A DNA stretch of 63,893 nt, counting the filler, from Actinomycetota bacterium (GTDB lineage Bacteria > Actinomycetota > CADDZG01 > JAHWKV01 > JAOPZY01): assembly GCA_025963875.1 (NCBI GenBank). It is 5 parts of 5 records of this genome, joined end to end, with 100 filler letters (N's around TTAATTAATTAA, not from the genome) between each part and the next. Parts side by side here need not be neighbours in the genome. Positions count along the whole stretch, not along the records: positions 56,411 to 59,378 come from JAOPZY010000212.1; positions 59,479 to 63,893 come from JAOPZY010000229.1; 3 more parts are not named here. One strand, 5' to 3'. Shown here one piece after another: positions 56,886-63,893 of the stretch. The notes beneath the pieces are model-generated. The model searched no databases. It saw only the letters and a list, made by a program, of their open reading frames with translations, and was not told where the DNA came from. Both the position numbers and the translations under genes were made by a program. Positions within the stretch are counted from its first letter, which is position 1; each line of letters begins with the position of its first letter.

Positions 56886-56969
56886 ATGGCTTCGTTCCGG
56901 TCCTTCCAGTACCTGCTCCAGCCCACCGCCCGCCAGGCCCGGGCGCTCGAGCACCTGCTCGGGGTGCAG
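56886..56969 (+). pseudogene. tnpB: N-terminal remnant of an IS200/IS605-type TnpB
   Basis: MASFRSFQYLLQPTARQARALEHLLGVQ resembles the TnpB N-terminal HTH; similarity ends after ~28 aa. Confidence 0.6.
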
Positions 56970-57246
56970 CCAGCGCCGTCAAAAGCGCGAAGCGGAGGCC
57001 GGCGCGGTCGTCGCTCCCGGAAGGCCCGCCAGCACGGCCCCTGCCACGATCAGCACCGCCAGGACGCCCAGCAGGACCCAGGGCCGCTTCACCCGGCCAG
57101 CCCCGACGGCACCTCGAACCAAGATTCCGCCAAAAGGACCGCAGACGCGACTTTTTGACGCAATCTTCCGGCATGGAGGCGCAATCTCCCTGGTCCGGCT
57201 GTCGCACGGCGCTTGTCCATCGCGCAGTCTATTTAGCGGTGCGTTC

Positions 57247-57903
57247 TTACCGGTTGGGCACGGTCCGGGCGAATCGTGCATGCAGCACCGAGGGCGAGCT
57301 CACGAACTCGACGCACTCGTAGCCCACTGGGCCGCCGTCGAGGTGGTCGAAGAGCCGCTCGCCGCTCCCCAGCAGGACGGGGACGATCGCCAGGTGCATC
57401 TCGTCGATCAGGCCAGCGCGCAGATACTGCTGGATCGTCGCCACGCCGCCGCCGAGCCTCACGTCGTCGCCACCGGCTGCGTCGAAAGCCCGCTCGAGCG
57501 CCGCGTGAATCCCGTCGTTGACGAAATGGAACGTCGTTCCCCCCTGCACGGTGATCGACGCCCGGGGGTGGTGGGTCAGCACGAACACCGGGTGGTGGAA
57601 CGGCGGGTTGTCGCCCCACCAGCCGGTCCAGCTGTCGTCTCCCCATTCCCCACGGATGGGGCCGAACATGTTGCGCCCCATGATCGTTGCGCCGATGCCG
57701 GCCTCACCTCGTGCGGCGAAATCGTTGTCGAGACCCTCCTCGCCACCCTCGACGCCGCCCATGCGCTGGAAGGTCCGGGTGGGGTACACCCACTCGTGCA
57801 GTTGCAGCCCGCCCACACCCAGTGGGTTGTCGAGGTCCTGATCGGGCCCGGCGGCGTACCCGTCGAGCGAGAGTGCGACGCTGTGCACGCGCAGTTTCGG
57901 CAT
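57247..57903 (-). CDS. Dihydrofolate reductase / RibD C-terminal family protein
   Basis: SLDGY, IMGRNMF, PVFVLTH, GG..TIQQYL..GLIDE..PVLLGSG. Confidence 0.93.
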   Translation of the reverse strand: MPKLRVHSVALSLDGYAAGPDQDLDNPLGVGGLQLHEWVYPTRTFQRMGGVEGGEEGLDNDFAARGEAGIGATIMGRNMFGPIRGEWGDDSWTGWWGDNPPFHHPVFVLTHHPRASITVQGGTTFHFVNDGIHAALERAFDAAGGDDVRLGGGVATIQQYLRAGLIDEMHLAIVPVLLGSGERLFDHLDGGPVGYECVEFVSSPSVLHARFARTVPNR

Positions 57904-58010
57904 TGGTGCTCACTTTCTCCGTTCCCGGCAACGTACCAGAGGTCGGTGTCGGTGGCGCTCGCGTCCCGAGCGATATGAGAGACTCGTGCGGGACGAGGGG
58001 GGTGCGGACA

Positions 58011-59378
58011 ATGCCGACGTCGATCAACGACCCTGAGGTCCAGGCAGTCATCGAACACGCCCGTGAGGGGCAAGGAACGCTGTTTCCTTCTCCCGAAGAT
58101 TGGCGGGACCGCTGGATCTACTTCCTGATGCTCGACCGCTTCAACGGTCCGACCGCCGCACCCAGGCACGTTCCCTGGGATGCGGAGTTCAGCGGGTTTC
58201 AGGGCGGCACGTTCAACGGGGTACGTGAGCAGCTACCGTACCTTCGGGACATCGGGGTCGGGGCCATCTGGCTGTCGCCACCACTCAAGAACCCGGCGTA
58301 CGACCAGCACGCCTACCACGGTTACGGAATCCAGAACTTCCTGGCCGCCGAACCCCGCTTTGCCTCCAGTCCCGAGAAGGCGGACAGCGAGCTGCGCCTG
58401 CTCGTGGACGAGGCACACGCCTTGGGGTTGCACGTCATCTTCGACATCGTCCTTCACCACGCAGGCGACGTCTTCGAGTACGTGACCTCCGCGAACGGGG
58501 CCACCCAGGAGCTGGGCTCGATCGAGTGGAGCGACGGCGTCGTTCCCGTGCGCTGGCGCGACGAGCAGGGCCAGGGAAATCCGAGCTGGACCGAGGCGCC
58601 TGCGCAGTGCCCCCCTGACGCGGCCGTGTTCCCCGACGAGCTTCGCAGCAACCCCCGTTTCACTCGGCAGGGCAACGCCTTCACCCGGGGCTTCCACCCT
58701 TTCGGGGACTTCGCCACGCTGAAAGGGCTCGCAACCGACGCGATCGAGGATGGCCTCTCGGTGGTTCACAACATCCTCATCCGCTGCTACGAGTACATCA
58801 TTGCGAAATTCGACGTCGACGCATTTCGAATCGACACGCTGAAGTTTCTCTCCCCCGACTTCGAGCGGACCTTCGGCAATGCCATGCGCGAGTTCGCCCT
58901 CAGCTCCGGGAAGAAGAACTTCTTCACATTCGGGGAAGTCTTCGACGACGAGAACACAATCGCCCAGTTCATCGGCCGGAGCACCTCCACCCCGGACGGC
59001 CTCGTCGGTGTGGACGCCGCTCTCGACTACCCCTTGTTCTTCAAGCTCCCGTCCGTGTTGAAGGGCCTCTCCGGCACGCCGCTCGACATCGCCAACGTGT
59101 TCGAGAACCGCAAGCGCGTGGAGAGGGAGGTCATCACGTCACACGGAGAGGCAGGCAAGTTCTTCGTGACCTTCCTCGACAACCACGATCAGGGCCAGCG
59201 CTTCGGCTTCACCGGCCAGCCACAGCTGGTCGACCAGATCGCGCTGGGCATCGCCTGCCTCTTTTCGCTCCAGGGGATTCCCTGCCTGTACTACGGCACG
59301 GAGCAGGGCCTCAGCGGCCACAAGGACGAGTCGCACCAGGACGACTCCATGGTGAGGGAAGCTCTATGGGGCCGCACA
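58011..59378 (+). CDS. GH13 alpha-amylase family glycosidase (truncated by contig end)
   Basis: YHGYG, DIVLHH, FRIDTLK, GEVF, FLDNHD, GIPCLYYGTE. Confidence 0.93.
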
Positions 59379-59478
59379 NNNNNNNNNNNNNNNNNNNNNN
59401 NNNNNNNNNNNNNNNNNNNNNNTTAATTAATTAANNNNNNNNNNNNNNNNNNNNNNNNNNNNNNNNNNNNNNNNNNNN
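59379..59478. other. Artificial contig linker
   Basis: N-TTAATTAATTAA-N. Confidence 0.98.
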
Positions 59479-59536
59479 CCCAGCCGAAAACCACCAAGAA
59501 GCCTTCAGCGTCAGAACACCGTCTCAGAAAGGGGCG

Positions 59537-60526
59537 CTATGAGGCCATGGGATCGAGGCGGGTCTGCTCTTGGGCAACCATGGCTGCGACGCCGATGCCC
59601 TGCTGAAACGCTGCGCAGCTGCGGTGGCGGCCGTTGATGATCGTGACCGTACCGGCAACCCGCTGCCCACGTATACCGTCATTACCCGGCCTGTAGAGGT
59701 GGAGGGCCCTCTGCAGGGAAGCGCGAAGGTCCGGAGGGAAAGGACCAAAGGGAGGCCTCCACTCACGGCGAATACGTGCTTGGAGGTCCACATCTTCCAA
59801 AAGAGCCTTCCGCTGGTCTGGGCCGAAGGATTCCAGCCCCGGGACGCAGGCCCGCACGAAATCCCAGAGGGACGCGGATCCCCCCAGCCCTCGACAGTAC
59901 TGGAACCCGCTCTTACCCCTGAGGTCGTCGCTGGGCCTGGAGAGATGTAGGGAGCAGGCGCCGGTCCGCGCCTTGTGGCATTCGTATTCGGTGAAGTCGA
60001 GGGAGAGTCCCTCAACATCATCCGGACCAAGCATGGTCAACCGATCGGCCCAGAAGGTACCCGCCCGCAACCGTTCCCGGTCGAAGACCACCGGCTCGGT
60101 TGCCCGCCAGGTTGGTTCCGTGAGGCCCTCGTGGAAGACGATCTCCGCCCAGTCCTCTTCCTGCCCCTCGCTGTCATCCAAGCGGTCCATGATTGTGTGC
60201 TCCACCCACTTGACACCGAGCACCTCGATACCAAGAGCATTCAGATAAATGTCGGCTACGACCTTACTCAGTAGCTCGATGTTGTCGTCGATGCTCGCCG
60301 GGTTCCCAGGGAGATCGGTGAAGATAACGACTGGGCCGTCCGCCTCGAAGGGCTGAGCCCCGATCGCGTAAATCTCAACGAGACAACGTCCCAGGCAGGG
60401 GTGGGCAGCCGCAGTCTTTGCGATGTACGGCAGGATAAACCGGTACGCGGGCCACTTCCCATAGGTGATGTCGGGCACGGGCGGCCCATCGGGCAGAACG
60501 TTGTTGCGCTCCGAGTCCGTGGTCAT
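59537..60526 (-). CDS. Hypothetical protein (lower GC) with a C-terminal ParB/Srx-like NGRHR motif
   Basis: Long ORF; IFTDLPGNPASI..WVEH..PTWR N-terminal domain; IINGRHRSCAA near the C-terminus. Start codon uncertain. Confidence 0.65.
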   Translation of the reverse strand: MTTDSERNNVLPDGPPVPDITYGKWPAYRFILPYIAKTAAAHPCLGRCLVEIYAIGAQPFEADGPVVIFTDLPGNPASIDDNIELLSKVVADIYLNALGIEVLGVKWVEHTIMDRLDDSEGQEEDWAEIVFHEGLTEPTWRATEPVVFDRERLRAGTFWADRLTMLGPDDVEGLSLDFTEYECHKARTGACSLHLSRPSDDLRGKSGFQYCRGLGGSASLWDFVRACVPGLESFGPDQRKALLEDVDLQARIRREWRPPFGPFPPDLRASLQRALHLYRPGNDGIRGQRVAGTVTIINGRHRSCAAFQQGIGVAAMVAQEQTRLDPMAS

Positions 60527-61023
60527 CTCCGATAGCCACGGAGTGGTCGCATCGGCTGTCCGGTGAGCTGTGACACTCTTCCCTCGCCTATTTGATTTAC
60601 TCGACCGAAGCGGATTCAAAATGAAGGTAGCAACCCAATGCGGTAGTCGGCCTTGAAAGGCATGCAACGGTGTTGACAGCAAGATGGATCTGTCGCTAGA
60701 AGCCGACGTGGCGCACAAGCAACCAGGTCTTAGCATGTGTCGTGTCGACCAGAATGCTTCTTGGGTATTCCGCCATTTGGCTTCTCCCCTCGCAGTCTGT
60801 CGCGCGCCCGTATTTTCATGATCGACGGTCCCGGGCCAAACTTAAGGAATGTCGGGATTAGCTTTCTTTAAGGGGATCGAGGACACAGGTGGTTTCCGAG
60901 TTCCCGTCGGTGCGCAAGGTCTGGTGCAGGCGGACGGCGCCGATGGTGGGCTTGCTGACGCCGGCCGAACTTCCCGCGAGCGCCGCTTTTTACTCGCAGA
61001 CACTAAAAGCGCTGTGGGCCGCT

Positions 61024-61995
61024 CTACCGTGACTGACTTTCGTAGCGGATCGTCGTTCCGACCGATGGCTGGACAAACGCGTCGGGCATCTCTCGCGCCA
61101 AGGCGTGCATGGCCCGCCACCCGGTGCAGTGTCCCGGCACCAACTGCTCGACACCGATCTGCTTCACGTCGGCCACGGTCGTCGGGATGATCGCATCAAA
61201 GCTTCCACCTGTCAGGTGAAAACCCCCGATAAAGGCGAGGATTCGCTGCTCACCGGTGAGGCGCTGGGCGTTGCGGAGGACGTTGACCGCCCCAGCGTGA
61301 GAGCAGCCCGACACCACGACGAGGCCCCGGTCACGCACGTTCACGATCGCGTTCTGGTCGTCCCAGACCCACGGGTCCGGTGCCCATCCACCGTCCTGGG
61401 TGCGTGCCTGATGGGAGGGGAAACCCTTCTCGTAGTCGGTTGTCCGCTCCACCTGTCCCGATACCAGGACGCTTTGATCCACGAGGAACGAAGGGCCCCG
61501 CTCTTCGACCAAGGTCAAGCCCTCCCGATCGAGGTCGTTGGCGCTCGGCGGGGGCAGGTGGAGCTCGGCGCCGGTGGGGAGCACGATCTTGCGCTCCTTG
61601 AACGCGTCTGGATGCAGGACCAGCGGCATGCGCAGCCTGCCGTACCGCTGGAAGAGCCCCTCGAGTCCGCCGTGGTGGTCGGCGTGGCCATGCGACAGGA
61701 CGATGGCGCGCATGTCGGTGACGTCGAGCTCCATCACGTCGAGGTTGTTGCGTACCGCCTTCGGCGAGAACCCCGCGTCGTAGAGGATCGACTGGGTCTT
61801 CCCGTTCAGGGTGACGCGAATCAGGGCGGAGAAGCCATGCTCCGCCAGCAGGCCGTCGCGCTCAAAGGCGTCGTAGGCAAGGGGAAAGCGTCGGACGCCT
61901 TCCTGACCAGACATGAGGACGTCGAGGAAGAGGTCCATGACGATGGTGATTTCGACTGCGTCCACCGCCTCGAGATCTACTTCAGGAATCTGCAC
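61024..61995 (-). CDS. MBL-fold metallo-hydrolase (COG1237-like)
   Basis: AEHGFS, SHGHADHHGG, GCSHAG, GGFHL, PGHCTG. Confidence 0.92.
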   Translation of the reverse strand: MQIPEVDLEAVDAVEITIVMDLFLDVLMSGQEGVRRFPLAYDAFERDGLLAEHGFSALIRVTLNGKTQSILYDAGFSPKAVRNNLDVMELDVTDMRAIVLSHGHADHHGGLEGLFQRYGRLRMPLVLHPDAFKERKIVLPTGAELHLPPPSANDLDREGLTLVEERGPSFLVDQSVLVSGQVERTTDYEKGFPSHQARTQDGGWAPDPWVWDDQNAIVNVRDRGLVVVSGCSHAGAVNVLRNAQRLTGEQRILAFIGGFHLTGGSFDAIIPTTVADVKQIGVEQLVPGHCTGWRAMHALAREMPDAFVQPSVGTTIRYESQSR

Positions 61996-63451
61996 CCCTC
62001 GCTCCCCGCCGGCCAAGCGCCACGTCTTTGACTATGCGCTTTGGCTCGCTGCCGAGCAAGACCGACTTCTGCCGCTGGAGGATCGCCCGGATGCACTCCA
62101 GCTGGTCGGCGATCCGCTCGGGGGCGGTGCCCCCGTGGGAGCGGCGGGCCTCCACGCAGCGGCGGGGGTCCAGCCGTTCCAGGGCCTCCGGCCGGAAGGC
62201 AGGATGGGCGGCGGCAAGGTCATCCACCGTGGCCCCCGAAAGCTCCCGGCCCTCGGCCCCCAGCCGCCCCACCAGGGAGCCCACGGCGTGGTGCGCCTCC
62301 CGGAACGGCACCCCGGCCCCCACCAGCCACTCGGCGAGGTCGGTGGCCGCGCTGGCGGTCCCGACCGCCGCCGCAAGGCGGTCGGTGTCGAAGGTCATCG
62401 TGGCCACCAGGCCGGCGAGCACGGGGAGGGCGCCGGCCAGCGTGTCGGCGGTGTCGAACACCGGCTCCTTGTCCTCCTGGAGGTCCTTGTCGTATGCGAG
62501 GGGCAGGCCCTTCATGACGCCCAGGAGGTGCAGCAGGTTGGCCGTCATCCTGGCTCCCTTGGCCCGGACCAGCTCCGCGATGTCGGGGTTCTTCTTCTGC
62601 GGCATGATGCTCGAGCCCTGGGCGTAGGCGTCGTCGAGCACGGCGAAGCCGAACTCGCTCGTCGTCCACAGCACGATCTCCTCCCCGAGCCGGGAGAGGT
62701 GGACGCCGAGGATCGCCCCCGCGGCGAGGAACTCCAGGGCGAAGTCCCGGTCCGACACGGCGTCGGCGGCGTTGTCGAACACCGCGGCGAACCCGAGGTC
62801 GGCGGCGGTCGCCACCGGGTCGAGCGGCAGCGACGTGCCGGCGAACGCCGCGGCCCCGAGCGGCGACACGTCCGCAGCCCGGTGGGCGGCGAGCATGCGG
62901 TCGAAATCACGGGCGAGCGGGAAGGCGTGGGCGAGAAGGTGGTGGGCGAAGAGGATCGGCTGCGCCCGCTGCAGGTGGGTGTAGCCCGGGGCGAGCGTGT
63001 CCCGGTGCGTCTCGGCCTGAGCCACCAACGCCGCCGACAGCTCGTGGATCCCTGCGGCGATGCGCAGGGTCGTCCCCTTCAGCCAGAGCCGGAAGTCGGT
63101 CGCGACGAGGTCGTTGCGGGACCGCCCGGCATGGATCTTGGCGCCGGTGTCGCCGAGGCGGTCGGTGAGGAAGCGCTCCACTGCCGAGTGGATGTCCTCG
63201 TCGGCGTCGTCGAACACGAACGTCCCCACCTCGAACACGGCGGCCGCCGAGGCCAGCGCCTCCTCGATCGAACCCCGCTCCTCCGGCGTCAGGATCCCCG
63301 CCCGCTCCAGTGCCCGGGCATGGGCCGCGGTCGCGGCGATGTCCTCCCGCCACATCCGCTGGTCGAACGGGAGGGAGTCGCCGAACGCCTGCATCGCGGC
63401 GGCGGGCCCACGGGAGAACCTGCCCGCCCAGAGCGGCTTGTCCCCGGTCAC
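61982..63451 (-). CDS. argH: Argininosuccinate lyase
   Basis: [35 protein letters not shown]. Confidence 0.96.
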   Translation of the reverse strand: MTGDKPLWAGRFSRGPAAAMQAFGDSLPFDQRMWREDIAATAAHARALERAGILTPEERGSIEEALASAAAVFEVGTFVFDDADEDIHSAVERFLTDRLGDTGAKIHAGRSRNDLVATDFRLWLKGTTLRIAAGIHELSAALVAQAETHRDTLAPGYTHLQRAQPILFAHHLLAHAFPLARDFDRMLAAHRAADVSPLGAAAFAGTSLPLDPVATAADLGFAAVFDNAADAVSDRDFALEFLAAGAILGVHLSRLGEEIVLWTTSEFGFAVLDDAYAQGSSIMPQKKNPDIAELVRAKGARMTANLLHLLGVMKGLPLAYDKDLQEDKEPVFDTADTLAGALPVLAGLVATMTFDTDRLAAAVGTASAATDLAEWLVGAGVPFREAHHAVGSLVGRLGAEGRELSGATVDDLAAAHPAFRPEALERLDPRRCVEARRSHGGTAPERIADQLECIRAILQRQKSVLLGSEPKRIVKDVALGRRGARGADS

Positions 63452-63893
63452 TCCTCCCCACCGGAAGGAGGCGCCGGCGACGCAACATGGGCGCGGGCCC
63501 ACGTCTTGAGGCGCAGGCCCCACAGCTTCACGAAGCCCTCGGCGGCGGTGTGGTCGAAGGCGTCGCCCGTGTCGTAGGTGGCGAGGGAGATGTCGTACAG
63601 CGACCCCGCCGACTGCCGCCCCACCACCCGTGCCGACCCGGGCTCCAGCTTCACCCGGACCTCGCCGTTGACGTAGCGCTGGGTCGACGCAATGAACGCG
63701 TCGAGGGCCTCCCGCAGCGGCGAGAACCACAGCCCCTCGTACACCAGCTCGCCGTAGCGGACCTCCAGGTCCCGCTTGGCCCGCAGCAGGTCGCGCTCGA
63801 GGGTCAGCTCCTCCAGGTCGGTGTGCGCCATGATCAGCACCGCCGCGGCGGGCACCTCGTAGACCTCCCGGGACTTGATGCCCACCACCCGGT
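63448..63893 (-). CDS. argG: Argininosuccinate synthase, C-terminal part (runs off window end)
   Basis: [36 protein letters not shown]. Confidence 0.96.
   Translation of the reverse strand, partial: RVVGIKSREVYEVPAAAVLIMAHTDLEELTLERDLLRAKRDLEVRYGELVYEGLWFSPLREALDAFIASTQRYVNGEVRVKLEPGSARVVGRQSAGSLYDISLATYDTGDAFDHTAAEGFVKLWGLRLKTWARAHVASPAPPSGGEE

Noticed and set aside
56979..57092. Short hydrophobic minus-strand ORF (VKRPWVLLGVLAVLIVAG..)
   Set aside because: Looks like a signal-peptide remnant cut near the tnpB scar; too little support to call a gene.
61982..62060. argH C-terminal extension overlapping the MBL gene start
   Set aside because: A short tail and 14-bp overlap, most likely stop-codon drift; nothing points to a function.

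Overview
High-GC actinobacterial DNA; the '[13 protein letters not shown]' surface-protein repeats suggest an Acidimicrobiia-like or other deep-branching Actinomycetota lineage (inference). The window is five contigs joined by artificial N-TTAATTAATTAA-N linkers (1-19189, 19290-47233, 47334-56310, 56411-59378, 59479-63893), so gene order across linkers means nothing. Contig 1: a SpoIID/LytB surface protein; a lipid/glycolipid-type operon (one ~3275-aa iterative type I PKS with ER/NMO-KS-AT-ACP-KR-AT-DH-PPTase, a free ACP, an alpha/beta hydrolase, a GT1 glycosyltransferase and a degenerate galactokinase); and a complete group II intron inserted at the edge of a MITE-like repeat. Contig 2: thioredoxins, an S8 protease, a Ser/Thr kinase, a vapC remnant beside a tyrosine recombinase, transporters, a metallothionein missed by the ORF track behind a Fur/Zur-type box, the pspA-pspAA-htpX-pspAB operon, and a complete-looking tryptophan (WW) leader-peptide attenuator in front of an FAD oxidoreductase rather than a trp gene. 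Contig 3: a PHO regulon locus (phosphoesterase, phoR/phoP-like pair, pstSCAB-phoU, PHO boxes). Contig 4: a tnpB-like remnant behind a PafBC/LexA-type damage promoter, a DHFR-family gene and a GH13 gene. Contig 5: a low-GC hypothetical gene, an MBL hydrolase, argH and argG. REP-like hairpins and 40-50 bp palindromes are scattered through the intergenic DNA. Family assignments come from motif recognition by eye; no database searches were run.
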